Of a DNA stretch of 64,000 nucleotides, positions 8,500-18,258 are shown one piece after another. Position numbers and translations under genes: made by a program. The notes under the pieces were generated by a model. It searched no databases, was not told where the DNA came from, and saw only the letters and a program-made list of their open reading frames with translations. Position 1 is the stretch's first letter. Each line of letters begins with the position of its first letter. Source of the stretch: Rhodopseudomonas sp. (GTDB lineage: Bacteria > Pseudomonadota > Alphaproteobacteria > Rhizobiales > Xanthobacteraceae); assembly GCF_013377015.1 (NCBI RefSeq), contig NZ_JACABA010000006.1, forward strand, positions 127,985-191,984, read 5' to 3'.

Positions 8500-10389
8500 A
8501 TGACCGATACTGACACCGCCGCCGCCCCGCAGACGCAGCCGTTCCAGGCCGAGGTCGCCGAACTCCTGAACCTGATGGTGCACTCGGTCTATTCCGAGAC
8601 CGAGATTTTCCTGCGCGAACTGATTTCGAACGCCTCGGACGCGCTCGACAAGCTGCGCTATGAGGCGATCGCCAACCCGGCGCTGATGGCCGATGGCGAG
8701 GCGCCGAAAATCCGCATCGTGCCGCGCAAGGCGCCGGACACGCTGACCGTGGTCGACAACGGCATCGGCATGGACCGCCAGGAGCTGATCGACAATCTCG
8801 GCACCATCGCCAAGTCCGGCACCAAATCGTTCCTCTCCAAGCTGACCGAGGCCAAGGACGGCGCCGGCCTGATCGGCCAGTTCGGCGTCGGCTTCTATGC
8901 AGCCTTCATGGTCGCCGATAATATCGTCGTCACCAGCCGCCGCGCCGGCTCCGGCGAGGCCTGGACCTGGTCGTCGTCGGGCGGCGCCGGCTTCGAGATC
9001 GCCCCCGCCTCCGAGGAGGCCGCCGCCCGCGTCAGCCGCGGCACCGAGATCGTGCTGCATCTGAAGCCGGACTGCGCCAAATATCTCGAAGCGTTCGAGA
9101 TCGAGCGGATCGTCGGCGCCTATTCGGACAACATCCAGTTCCCGATCGAGCTGGTGCCGGAGGAGGGCGAGCCGCGCCAGATCAATTCCGCCAGCGCGCT
9201 GTGGCAGCGTTCGAAATCCGAACTCACGGCGGAGGACTACAAGCAGGCATATAAGCAGATCGCCAGCGCCTATGACGAGCCGGCGATGACGCTGCATTAC
9301 CGCGCCGAGGGCCGGCAATCCTATGCGGTGCTGCTGTTCGCGCCCTCGACCAAGCCGTTCGACCTGTTCGAGCCGCAGCGCAAGGGACATATCAAGCTCT
9401 ACGTCCGCCGCGTCTTCATCACCGACGACGCCGACCTGCTGCCGCCCTATCTGCGCTTCGTCCGCGGCGTGATCGACTCGGAGGATCTGCCGCTCAACCT
9501 GTCGCGCGAGATGCTGCAGAACAATCCGCAGCTGGCGCAGATCCGCAAAGCGGTGACCGGCAAGGTGATCGGCGAATTCGAAAGCCTGAGCGAGAAGGAG
9601 CCGGAGACCTTCGCCAAGATCTGGGAGGCGTTCGGCCCGGTGATCAAGGAAGGTATCTACGAGGATTTCGAGCGCCGCGAGAAATTGCTGGCGCTGGCGC
9701 AATTCACCACCACCGCCGGCGACAAGCGCACGCTGAAGCAATATGTCGAGGCGCTGAAGCCGAACCAGACCGAGATCTACTACCTGGTCGGCGATTCGAT
9801 CGAACGGCTGAAGTCGAATCCGAAACTCGAATCCGCGACCGCGCGCGGCATCGAAGTGCTGTTGCTGACCGATCCGGTCGACGCGTTCTGGACCTCGGCA
9901 CCGCTGGATTTCGGCGGCAAGCCGTTGAAGTCGCTGAGCCAGGGCGATGTCAATTTCGACCTGATCCCGAAGCTCGACGACAGCGCCGAGAAGCCGCCGG
10001 AGAGCGCGACCGACGAGGCCAGTATCATCGCGGTGATCAAGGATGCGCTGGGCGACCGCGTCTCCGACGTCAAGGCGTCGCAGCGGCTGACCTCGAGCGC
10101 GTCGTGCCTGATCGCCGGTGGCTTCGGTCCCGACCGCGAACTGGAGCGGATGCTGGCCCGCGCCAACAAGGGTGCCGGCAGCAAGCCGATCCTCGAGATC
10201 AATCTGCGCCATCCGCTGGTCGCGGCGGTCGGCAACGCCAAGGCCAACGCGGCGGACGCCTCTGACCTGTCGATGCTGCTGTTCGAGCAGGCGCAGATCC
10301 TCGACGGCGAATTGCCAGATGATCCCGCGGCGTTCGCGGCGCGGCTGAATCGGCTGGTACTGCTCGGTATTGCGCAACCGCATGGTTAG
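8500..10389 (+). CDS. htpG: molecular chaperone HtpG (Hsp90)
   Basis: ORF 8404..10389. Start at the ATG at 8500. Hsp90 motifs [68 protein letters not shown]. Confidence 0.95.
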   Translation: MTDTDTAAAPQTQPFQAEVAELLNLMVHSVYSETEIFLRELISNASDALDKLRYEAIANPALMADGEAPKIRIVPRKAPDTLTVVDNGIGMDRQELIDNLGTIAKSGTKSFLSKLTEAKDGAGLIGQFGVGFYAAFMVADNIVVTSRRAGSGEAWTWSSSGGAGFEIAPASEEAAARVSRGTEIVLHLKPDCAKYLEAFEIERIVGAYSDNIQFPIELVPEEGEPRQINSASALWQRSKSELTAEDYKQAYKQIASAYDEPAMTLHYRAEGRQSYAVLLFAPSTKPFDLFEPQRKGHIKLYVRRVFITDDADLLPPYLRFVRGVIDSEDLPLNLSREMLQNNPQLAQIRKAVTGKVIGEFESLSEKEPETFAKIWEAFGPVIKEGIYEDFERREKLLALAQFTTTAGDKRTLKQYVEALKPNQTEIYYLVGDSIERLKSNPKLESATARGIEVLLLTDPVDAFWTSAPLDFGGKPLKSLSQGDVNFDLIPKLDDSAEKPPESATDEASIIAVIKDALGDRVSDVKASQRLTSSASCLIAGGFGPDRELERMLARANKGAGSKPILEINLRHPLVAAVGNAKANAADASDLSMLLFEQAQILDGELPDDPAAFAARLNRLVLLGIAQPHG

Positions 10390-10499
10390 CAGCGTGATAA
10401 CAATCACGGTTAGCAAAGGCTGAATGCTCAGGGAATTTTAAGGGTTTCGCGCCAGGCTCAGGCAATCTTGGATTGCCAATAGTTCTGTGTGCGAGTCCC

Positions 10500-12194
10500 A
10501 TGCCAAGCAGATTGTCTGCCGCCGTCGGATTGCTTCTCAGCGCCGGCACCGCCGTTGCCGCGGACATGCCCGACCTTCGGTCGCTACCGCCCGCGCCGTG
10601 GAGCTGGAGCGGGCTGTATTTCGGCGCCCATATCGGCGGCGGCCTCGGCGCCACCAGCTTTTCCGATGCCGCGGGCGCGGCGATCTACGGCGGCGAGGTT
10701 CGCACCCCGGCCGGACTGGCCGGTCTGCAGCTCGGCTATAATTGGCAGATGCCGAACACCCGTTGGGTGGTCAGCGTCGAGGCCGACGTCGCCGCAACCA
10801 ACGGCAACGGCACCAATACCTGCCTCGCCTCGTCGGGAGCGTTCATTTCGGCGAATTGCCGGGTGCGTCAGGATGCGCTCGCCAGCCTGACCGGGCGAGT
10901 CGGCTTTGCCGCCGGTCCCGTCGGTCATACTCTGTTCTACGCCAAGGGTGGCGCGGCGTTCCTTGCCGAGCGGCTCGACATCGCCGCCAACAACCCGTTG
11001 ATCTCCTCGGCCGTCCTGAACAACGACAAAGTCGGCTGGACCGTCGGCGCCGGCATCGAGCAAGCGCTGGCGCCGGCCTGGTCGGTGAAGATGGAATACG
11101 GCTATGCCGGGCTCGGCAGCAGCACGATGGCGACGCCGGCGAGCTTCCGCTTCGTCGATCCGGTGGTCGGCTATGTTCCCACCGCGCCAGGCAGCACCCA
11201 CGTCAGCCAGAACGCGCATCTGGTCAGGGTTGGCCTCAACATGAAGTTCGGCGGCGATGCCTATGCGCGCTGGGACGGGCTCGACGATTATCACCTGCGC
11301 GGCAGCCAGCAGGCCGGCGACAGCACCCTGCGCGGCGAAATCGAAATCGGCGGCCGGGTCTGGTACAGCTCCGGCCGGTTCCAGAAGGACCTCGGCAACA
11401 CCGCGAACCAGGGCAGCCAGAATGTCTTGATCTCCCGGCTGACCTATCAAAGCACCGCTGCGTCCGGTGAAGTGTTCGGTCGCGTCGACGGCACCTCCAA
11501 TCTTTTCCTGAAAGGTTTCGCCGGCGGCGGAAGCTTGTTCAGCGGCAAGATGAACGACGAGGACTGGATCGCCGATGACGGCATTCCCTACTCCAATACG
11601 CTGTCCAATCCGATTAAGAGCAGCATTGGCTACGCCACGGTCGATGTCGGCTATGCGTTGTGGCGCGGCGACGGCTTCAAGGTCGGCGGCTTCGTCGGTT
11701 ACAACTACTATCAGGAGAACAAGTCGGCCTATGGTTGCATCCAGCAGGCCGGCGCCGCCGCGCTGGTGTGCGTGCCGTCGATTCCGAATGCGACGCTGGG
11801 GATCACCGAAGATGACAAGTGGCATTCGGTCCGGCTCGGCATCAACGGCGTCGTCACTCTGGCGCCGGGGCTGAAACTGACCGCGGATGCCGCCTACCTG
11901 CCCTATGTCAGCTTCAGCGGCGTCGACAATCACCTGCTGCGGACCGACGTCGCTAATACGAAGTCGACGGAAAGCGGCACCGGACAGGGCGTCCAGCTTG
12001 AGGCGATCCTGGCCTATGCCGTGACGCCCGCCTTCAGCGTCGGCGCCGGCGGCCGCTACTGGGCGATGTGGGCCACCGCCGCCGCCAACACCAACATCTT
12101 CGGCAGCAGTTGTCCGTGCCAGACCCTGCCGGCCCGCACCGAGCGCTACGGCGGGTTCCTCGAGGCGTCGTACAAATTCAACGGCCTGAAATAA
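10500..12194 (+). CDS. outer-membrane beta-barrel protein, two-module (Omp25/Omp31-like N-terminal half plus a second barrel-like half)
   Basis: The ORF track starts at TTG 10473; the ATG at 10500 gives signal peptide MPSRLSAAVGLLLSAGTAVAA. The N-terminal half carries WSGLYFGAHIGGG, and an alternating amphipathic pattern runs throughout the protein. C-terminus ends in an aromatic motif (EASYKF). Confidence 0.75.
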   Translation: MPSRLSAAVGLLLSAGTAVAADMPDLRSLPPAPWSWSGLYFGAHIGGGLGATSFSDAAGAAIYGGEVRTPAGLAGLQLGYNWQMPNTRWVVSVEADVAATNGNGTNTCLASSGAFISANCRVRQDALASLTGRVGFAAGPVGHTLFYAKGGAAFLAERLDIAANNPLISSAVLNNDKVGWTVGAGIEQALAPAWSVKMEYGYAGLGSSTMATPASFRFVDPVVGYVPTAPGSTHVSQNAHLVRVGLNMKFGGDAYARWDGLDDYHLRGSQQAGDSTLRGEIEIGGRVWYSSGRFQKDLGNTANQGSQNVLISRLTYQSTAASGEVFGRVDGTSNLFLKGFAGGGSLFSGKMNDEDWIADDGIPYSNTLSNPIKSSIGYATVDVGYALWRGDGFKVGGFVGYNYYQENKSAYGCIQQAGAAALVCVPSIPNATLGITEDDKWHSVRLGINGVVTLAPGLKLTADAAYLPYVSFSGVDNHLLRTDVANTKSTESGTGQGVQLEAILAYAVTPAFSVGAGGRYWAMWATAAANTNIFGSSCPCQTLPARTERYGGFLEASYKFNGLK

Positions 12195-12330
12195 GTCGGC
12201 TGCGGGCGCGAGCTGTTTGATCGTGAGTCGACCTTGCCGCAACGTTGCCCCAAGCAGAAACATCTGGGCAGCTTGCGACTTCTCAAATAGCCTGCCCCGA
12301 ACCAAAACGCTGGAACGCTGGGAGGCATTT

Positions 12331-13524
12331 ATGAAATTGAGACTCATTTCGAGCGCGGTTGCTGTCGGCTGCCTGTTGGTCGCCGCGCCGGCATCAGCGC
12401 AGGGCGTCAAGATCGGCATCTTGAACGACCAGTCCGGAGTTTATGCCGATTACGGCGGCAAGTGGTCGTTTGAAGCCGCCAAGATGGCGGTGGAGGATTT
12501 CGGCGGCGAGGTGCTCGGCCAGAAGATCGAAATCGTTTCAGCCGACCATCAGAACAAGCCTGATCTCGGCGCCAGCATCGCGCGCAAATGGTACGACGTC
12601 GACGGCGTCGATATGATCACCGAGCTGACCACCTCGTCGGTGGCACTGGCGGTGCAGGAGCTGTCGAAGGAAAAGAAGAAGATCGACATCGTGGTCGGCG
12701 CCGCGACCTCGCGGATCACCGGCGACGCCTGCCAGCCCTACGGCTTCCATTGGGCCTACGACACTCACGCGCTCGCGGTCGGCACCGGCGGCGCGCTGGT
12801 GGAGGCGGGCGGCGACACCTGGTTCTTCCTCACCGCCGACTATGCGTTCGGCTATGCGCTGGAAAAGGACACCAGCGAGATCGTGATTGCCAAGGGCGGC
12901 AAGGTGCTCGGCGCGGTGCGGCATCCGTTGAACTCCTCGGACTTCTCCTCGTTCCTGCTGCAGGCGCAGAGCTCGAAGGCGAAGATCATCGGGCTTGCCA
13001 ATGCCGGACTCGACACCGCCAATTCGATCAAGCAGGCTGCGGAATTCGGCATTGTCGCCGGTGGCCAGAAGCTCGCCGGGCTGCTGCTGACGCTGGCGGA
13101 AGTCCACGGACTCGGGCTGAAGGCGGCGCAGGGCCTGGTGCTGACCGAAGCCTATTACTGGGATCGCGACGACAAATCTCGGCAGTTCGCCGAGCGTTTC
13201 TTCAAGCGCACACAACGGATGCCGAACATGATCCATGCCGGCACCTATTCGGCGACGCTGTCCTATCTCAAGGCGGTGAAGGCCGCGGGGAGCAAGGACA
13301 CCGACGCGGTGGCGCAGAAGCTGAAGGAGCTGCCGGTCGACGACGCTTTCGCCACGGGCAAGGTACTGGCCAATGGCCGCTTCGTGCATGACCTCTATCT
13401 ATTCGAGGTCAAGAAGCCGTCGGAATCAACCAAGCCGTGGGATTACTACAAGTTGCTCGCCACCGTCCCCGGCAACAAGGCATTCCCCACCGCCGCCGAA
13501 AGCGGCTGCCCGCTGACCAAGTGA
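12331..13524 (+). CDS. ABC transporter substrate-binding protein, LivK/branched-chain amino acid type (orphan)
   Basis: ORF 12217..13524. ATG at 12331 preceded by GGGAGG. Signal peptide MKLRLISSAVAVGCLLVAAPASA, then GVKIGILNDQSGVYADYGG. Confidence 0.9.
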   Translation: MKLRLISSAVAVGCLLVAAPASAQGVKIGILNDQSGVYADYGGKWSFEAAKMAVEDFGGEVLGQKIEIVSADHQNKPDLGASIARKWYDVDGVDMITELTTSSVALAVQELSKEKKKIDIVVGAATSRITGDACQPYGFHWAYDTHALAVGTGGALVEAGGDTWFFLTADYAFGYALEKDTSEIVIAKGGKVLGAVRHPLNSSDFSSFLLQAQSSKAKIIGLANAGLDTANSIKQAAEFGIVAGGQKLAGLLLTLAEVHGLGLKAAQGLVLTEAYYWDRDDKSRQFAERFFKRTQRMPNMIHAGTYSATLSYLKAVKAAGSKDTDAVAQKLKELPVDDAFATGKVLANGRFVHDLYLFEVKKPSESTKPWDYYKLLATVPGNKAFPTAAESGCPLTK

Positions 13525-13544
13525 TGATCGATTGAACGTTCGGC

Positions 13545-13567
13545 CGGCGCCCCTTTACGGGGCGCCG
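13545..13567. terminator. hairpin between convergent genes (candidate bidirectional terminator)
   Basis: 9-bp stem CGGCGCCCC / GGGGCGCCG with loop TTTAC, followed by CTTGATT. Lies between the stops at 13524 (+) and 13574 (-). Confidence 0.55.
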
Positions 13568-13573
13568 CTTGAT

Positions 13574-13966
13574 TCAGACGTGCAGCATCTTCGACACCAC
13601 GCCATAGATCGCGCCGCCCCACAGCAGCGCGACGGCGACCATCTGGATGGCGAAGCCGGTGCCGCGCTTGTTGGCGGCTTCCGCATAGCCGGTCATGTAG
13701 AGAACGCGTCCGAGGATCCAGACCAGGCCGATTCCGGCAGCGAACACGTCGCTGAGATAGATCGCGAACAGCCATAGCGACGGCAGGAAGATCGGCATCC
13801 ACTCCAGTGTATTGGCCTGGACGCGAAAGATTCGTTCGAAATCCGGGTTGCCGGAGATGGCCGGCGCCTTGACGCCATAGGCGACCCGGGCGCGTGCGAC
13901 CTGCATCGAGGTGTAGAAATAGAACATCACGGCCAGCAGCGTGACGATCGCGGTGAAATGAAACAT
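13574..13966 (-). CDS. MAPEG-family membrane protein (microsomal GST-like)
   Basis: 130 aa with 4 hydrophobic helices. VQANTLEWMPIF and GRVLYMTGY-type motifs. Confidence 0.8.
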   Translation of the reverse strand: MFHFTAIVTLLAVMFYFYTSMQVARARVAYGVKAPAISGNPDFERIFRVQANTLEWMPIFLPSLWLFAIYLSDVFAAGIGLVWILGRVLYMTGYAEAANKRGTGFAIQMVAVALLWGGAIYGVVSKMLHV

Positions 13967-14033
13967 TGTTTCTCCCTTTGGGACCGTTGCACGGTTCTTT
14001 TGCCGGCGAAGCCGGGTGTGTCGCTACACTAGC

Positions 14034-15119
14034 TCAATACCCGGTCATCTCAAGATATCCTATGCCGCTCTGGCTGCCGCTGAAAGCAATCGGGCCCTCC
14101 CAATAGGGAAAGCTGGTGCCCATCCAGCTGCTGGGGTTCAGCGGGATGGTGTCGATCGAAAGGCCCCGCTCCGGAATCGCGATGCGCCATGAGGTCGGCA
14201 GTTGGCGTTCGCCGATCGCGGTCGATGCCGTCGGCCTGATCTCGATTGCGGTCGCGGAAAGTTGAACCGATTTGCCGTCGAGCCCGATCCAGTTGCCGGC
14301 GAAGTAATTGCGCCCGTCGGCTTGGCGCAGCCGGAACAGCATCAGTTTCTCGCCGGATTGCAGATGCAGCGAGAACCAGTCCCAGCCGGTCTGGTCGGAC
14401 GATAACGGCTGGCTGCTCCATTCGCGGTCCATCCAGGCCCGCCCCGTGACCTCGATCGGCTTGCCGTCGATGCTGATGCTACCACGCGCGGCGAAAAATG
14501 GCTGACTGTAGTAATACGAGGCTTGGCCACGTTCGGATTTGCGGCTGTACCCGCTGTCGCCCTGCAGCACCAGCGGGCGCTCGGCAGTCAGTCGAAGCGT
14601 GTAGCTGAAATCCGCGGCGGAGGCCGCGACATCGAGCGGCGACAAGGTGGTGTCCGCCATCGCCTCGCCGCCGCGCATTTCCCAGGCGTCGATCCAGGCG
14701 CGAAACGGCGTCGCGGTGACGCCGGCCTGGCCGACGCCGCCGCGCGCGAAGGCTTCGGCATAGCGGTGGGTGGCCGCGCTGGTGACCGCGGCGTGGCCCA
14801 TCCAGATCTGCTGGTTGGCCCAGCCGTCGCGTTGCGGCCCCGGCGCCATCGCCTGACGGAACAGCGTCCATTGCGCCCCATAGGCGGCGCCGTTGGCATC
14901 GGTGAGATTGGCGGTAAGGTACCACCATTCGATCCGGAATTCCGGATGCGGCCCGTGGTCAGTGGGAAACGTCAGCGGCCGGCCCGGCAGCACTGGCGCG
15001 AAGCCGCCGGCTTCGCCGCCGAGCCCGGCAAAGCCCTGCGCCCTCACGGCGCGGCCGAGGCCGAGCAGCATTAGCCCGCCGGCGAAGCCACGGCGCGTGA
15101 GCTTGAAGCTAGCGCTCAT
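14034..15119 (-). CDS. lipocalin/CrtC-like AttH-family protein (Tat-exported)
   Basis: The ORF track starts at TTG 15125; the ATG at 15119 gives MSASFKLTRRGFAGGLMLLGLG (twin-arginine motif). FPTDHGPHPEFRIEWWYLTANL is typical of AttH / hydroxyneurosporene-synthase-like proteins. Overlaps the permease 3' end by 11 nt. Confidence 0.8.
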   Translation of the reverse strand: MSASFKLTRRGFAGGLMLLGLGRAVRAQGFAGLGGEAGGFAPVLPGRPLTFPTDHGPHPEFRIEWWYLTANLTDANGAAYGAQWTLFRQAMAPGPQRDGWANQQIWMGHAAVTSAATHRYAEAFARGGVGQAGVTATPFRAWIDAWEMRGGEAMADTTLSPLDVAASAADFSYTLRLTAERPLVLQGDSGYSRKSERGQASYYYSQPFFAARGSISIDGKPIEVTGRAWMDREWSSQPLSSDQTGWDWFSLHLQSGEKLMLFRLRQADGRNYFAGNWIGLDGKSVQLSATAIEIRPTASTAIGERQLPTSWRIAIPERGLSIDTIPLNPSSWMGTSFPYWEGPIAFSGSQSGIGYLEMTGY

Positions 15120-17574
15120 CGGCAAATACCTTCACCAGCTTCGCCGGCTGCATCCGCATCAGCTTCAGGATCGGCGGCAATGCCGCCAGCAATGAGGCCA
15201 GCATCGCGACGCCGAGCAGCTGCAGCAGTTGCAGCGGAAATATCTCGAACGGCAACCGCCAGCCGAACGCCTTCACATTGACCACCGCGATCAGGCACCA
15301 CGCCACCAGCAGCCCGAGCGGCAGCGCCAGCAGCGCGGTGATCAGCGCCACCGACAGCGTCTTCATCAGTTCGATCAGCGCCAGCCGTCGCCGCGTGATT
15401 CCGATCGCCCACAAGGGTGCCAGTTGCGGCAGCCGCGAATTGCTCAGCGTCAGCAGGCTGGTCAGCAACGCCACCCCGGCGATGCCGAGGGTGAAGGCGT
15501 TCAGTGCCGCCGTCACCGCGAAGGTGCGGTTGAAGATCCGTTTCGATTCGGCTTTCAGCGCGCTCCGGTCGGCGAGGCTGCGATTGTCGAGTTTGAAACG
15601 GTCGCGTAGCGCGGTGACCAGCGCCGGCACCTGCGCGGGCGCGACGCGCAGCCCGAACGCGGTCTGGGCGCTGCCCGGGAAATGCGCCACCAGGGCGTCG
15701 AAGCCCACGCTGATCTGGCCCTTCGGATTGCCGTAATCGGCATAGATCGCCACCACGTCGAGCGGCCAGCGTCCCGCACCGGTCGGCACCTCGATGCGAT
15801 CGCCGAGCCTGAGGTTGAGCCGCCGCGCCAGTTGCTCGCTGACCAGCGCGCCATCGCCGCGCGCGACGCGGTCCCAGACCTCGGCGGCCGATTGCAGCAA
15901 CGGCCAGTTGTCCCGATAGGTGAGGTGATCGGCAAAGCCGATCACCTCGACCGGCAGGCCGCCGATCTGCACCTCGGCGCGGCCGCGCGGCAGGATCGCC
16001 TGCACTTCGGGGCGCGGCCGTAGCCAGGCCTTGATCTCGGCGGCCTGCGTGTCGCTCGCCGCATTGAGATAGATCTCCGCCGCCAGCCTTCCGTCGAGCC
16101 AACCGTTGAAGGTCCGGCTGAAACTCTCCACCATGGTGCCGACCCCGACATTGACGCCCAGCGCCAGCAGCAGCGCCATCAAGGCCAATGAGAGGCCGGA
16201 CAGTTGCAGCCGGCTGTCGGCCCAGAACCAGCGCGCCAGCGGCTGCCGTGTCGTTCGTTCGCCGAGAAACAGCACCAGGCCGAGGATCGCCGGCAAGCCC
16301 AGTGCGGCGCCGAGCAGGATCGCGGCCAGCACCGCGAATCCGGACAGCAGCGAATCGCCGAACAGCAGGAAGCCGAGACCGGCGGCGAACACCGCCAGCG
16401 CCGCAGCGCCCTGCGCCAGCAGCCAGCGGTGCTGCGCCTGTTGCCAGGCATAGGGTTGCGCGGCGATCAGGATCGGCAGCCGGATCGCCTTCAGCAGGCT
16501 GGTCGACGCCGCCGCCAGCGCGCCGATCACGCTGATGGCGATGCCGGCGAACCACCATTGCGGCCGCAAACTCAACTCGCCGGGAATCTGCGCGCCATAC
16601 AGGCCGCGCAGGCTGGCGGCGACGTCCGGCAACAGCGTCGCGGCGATCACATAGCCGCACACCAGGCCGATCAGTCCCGCCAGCAGCGCCAGCGCGGTGA
16701 GTTCGAGCACCATCACGGTATTCAGCATCCTTGCCGAGGCGCCGCAGGCGCGCAGCGTGCGCAGCATCGGCCGGCGCTGTTCGAACGCCAGCCCGATCGC
16801 CGAATTGACGATGAACAACCCGACTAGGAACGACAGCAGTCCGAACGCGGTGAGGTTGAGATGAAAGCTGTCGGTGAGGCGTTCGAGATCGGTCTCGGCA
16901 TCGGGCTCGACCAGCCGCAACTGATCGCCGGTGACCGTCTGCAGCGGCGCGCGCGTCCCCTTGCCGGCGCGGCCGACCAAGAGCCGTGAGATTCGATCCG
17001 GCATCTCAAGCAGCCGCTGCGCCGCGCCGATATCAACCACCAACACGCCGGGCGCCAACTGGCTTTGCAACGTCAGCGGCGGCAGGTTGATGCCGTTCGC
17101 GGTGGTAGGTGTGGCACCCTCACTCAGCTTCAGTTCGGCAAGCGTCTCCGGCGCCAGCAAAGTTTGCCCGGGCGGCAGCAGGAAGCCTTGCAGCCCCTTG
17201 GTGCCGATCGCCGGCGCCGAACTGGCCTCGACCGGCAGCGACAGCGGCTCAATGCCGAGCAGGCGCACTGATCGCCCGTCGATCCGAATCCGGCCCTCGA
17301 CCACCGGCGACACCGGCCAGCCGGCGCGGCGCAGATCGACGAAGAAGTGCTGCGAAAAACTCTCGCCGTCGCGGCCGACCAGCATCGCGGTGCGGGCGCC
17401 GCCCAGGGTCGCGGCGGCGCGGTCGTAGCTGGCGCGGGCCTGCTGGTTCAGCGCCTGCACGCCGCTCCACAGCGCGGTCGCGGAGATCAGGCCGACCAGC
17501 AAGGTGGCGAGCTGCATCGGGTGCCGGCGCCAATGGCTCAGCAGCACCGCGAGGGTCCACAGCGCCCGGCTCAA
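15109..17574 (-). CDS. ABC transporter permease, duplicated FtsX-type (AttF/G-like)
   Basis: The ORF continues upstream to 17874 with Arg/Ala-rich junk. The probable start is TTG 17574 (TTGA overlap with the ATPase stop) or ATG 17517. Multiple TM clusters separated by large periplasmic loops. Confidence 0.8.
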   Translation of the reverse strand: MSRALWTLAVLLSHWRRHPMQLATLLVGLISATALWSGVQALNQQARASYDRAAATLGGARTAMLVGRDGESFSQHFFVDLRRAGWPVSPVVEGRIRIDGRSVRLLGIEPLSLPVEASSAPAIGTKGLQGFLLPPGQTLLAPETLAELKLSEGATPTTANGINLPPLTLQSQLAPGVLVVDIGAAQRLLEMPDRISRLLVGRAGKGTRAPLQTVTGDQLRLVEPDAETDLERLTDSFHLNLTAFGLLSFLVGLFIVNSAIGLAFEQRRPMLRTLRACGASARMLNTVMVLELTALALLAGLIGLVCGYVIAATLLPDVAASLRGLYGAQIPGELSLRPQWWFAGIAISVIGALAAASTSLLKAIRLPILIAAQPYAWQQAQHRWLLAQGAAALAVFAAGLGFLLFGDSLLSGFAVLAAILLGAALGLPAILGLVLFLGERTTRQPLARWFWADSRLQLSGLSLALMALLLALGVNVGVGTMVESFSRTFNGWLDGRLAAEIYLNAASDTQAAEIKAWLRPRPEVQAILPRGRAEVQIGGLPVEVIGFADHLTYRDNWPLLQSAAEVWDRVARGDGALVSEQLARRLNLRLGDRIEVPTGAGRWPLDVVAIYADYGNPKGQISVGFDALVAHFPGSAQTAFGLRVAPAQVPALVTALRDRFKLDNRSLADRSALKAESKRIFNRTFAVTAALNAFTLGIAGVALLTSLLTLSNSRLPQLAPLWAIGITRRRLALIELMKTLSVALITALLALPLGLLVAWCLIAVVNVKAFGWRLPFEIFPLQLLQLLGVAMLASLLAALPPILKLMRMQPAKLVKVFADER

Positions 17575-18224
17575 TGGATCTGTCCGGCATGCAGATGGAC
17601 CCGGCGGTCCAGCATCGCGGCGAGTCGGGCGCTGTGCGTCACCATCAGGAAGCCGCAGCCGGTGCGGCTGACCAGATCGCGTGCCAGCGCCAGCACGTCG
17701 TCGGCGGTGGCCTCGTCGAGATTGCCGGTCGGCTCGTCGGCGAGCAGCAGCAGCGGCTTCACCGCCAGCGCCCGGCCGATCGCGACGCGTTGCTGCTGGC
17801 CGCCTGAGAGCTGCTCCGGATAGCGCTTCAGCAACTGGCCGAGCCCGAGCCGTTCGATCAGCTCGGCATGCCATGGCGCGTCGTGCCGACCTGCGATTCT
17901 GGACTGGAACGCCAGATTGTCGGCCACCGACAGACTCGGAATCAGATTGAACTGCTGGAACACCAGCCCGAGCCGATCGCGGCGGAACGCGGCGCGGTCG
18001 GCGTCCGGCAGCGCCGAGACCACGGCGTCGCCGAACTGCACCGTACCGGAGTCGGGCTGATCGAGTCCCGCGATCAGGTGCAGCAGCGTACTCTTGCCGC
18101 TGCCGGATTCGCCGGTCAGCGCCACGCTCTCGCCGGCTGCGATACGGAGGTCGACGCCGCGTAGTACGCCGACGCGCTCCTGCCCGGAGCGATAGGATTT
18201 GCTCAGACTGCTGACGCTCAGCAT
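17571..18224 (-). CDS. ABC transporter ATP-binding protein (LolD/MacB-type)
   Basis: Walker A GESGSGKST, Q-loop, signature LSGGQQQRVAIGRAL, Walker B LLLADEPTGNLD, H-loop VTH. Confidence 0.9.
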   Translation of the reverse strand: MLSVSSLSKSYRSGQERVGVLRGVDLRIAAGESVALTGESGSGKSTLLHLIAGLDQPDSGTVQFGDAVVSALPDADRAAFRRDRLGLVFQQFNLIPSLSVADNLAFQSRIAGRHDAPWHAELIERLGLGQLLKRYPEQLSGGQQQRVAIGRALAVKPLLLLADEPTGNLDEATADDVLALARDLVSRTGCGFLMVTHSARLAAMLDRRVHLHAGQIH

Positions 18225-18258
18225 GAAGGACGGGCCAATGCCGCGCGCTGACGCTGCA

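Noticed and set aside
8332-10416. 694-aa ORF antisense to htpG. Similar long antisense or overlapping ORFs include 10584..12419, 18424..20607, 19184..20677, 32277..34007, 41793..43598, 57807..59405, 60301..62082 and 62058..63479.
   Set aside because: Their translations are Arg/Ala/Gly/Pro-rich low-complexity sequences with no recognisable motifs. They lie opposite genes with strong family signatures. This is the expected stop-codon-poor artefact of ~65% GC DNA.
12309-12327. Sigma-54-like TGGAACGCTGGGAGGCA upstream of the LivK-type SBP.
   Set aside because: The GG-to-GC spacing is off by one from the -24/-12 consensus. The element ends only ~4 nt before the ATG, and its GGGAGG is better explained as the ribosome-binding site.
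15109-17874. N-terminal 100-residue extension of the ABC permease ORF overlapping the ATPase gene.
   Set aside because: The extension is Arg/Ala-rich junk fully inside the ATPase coding region. A TTG at 17574 forms a TTGA junction with the ATPase stop, and hydrophobic permease-like sequence begins there.
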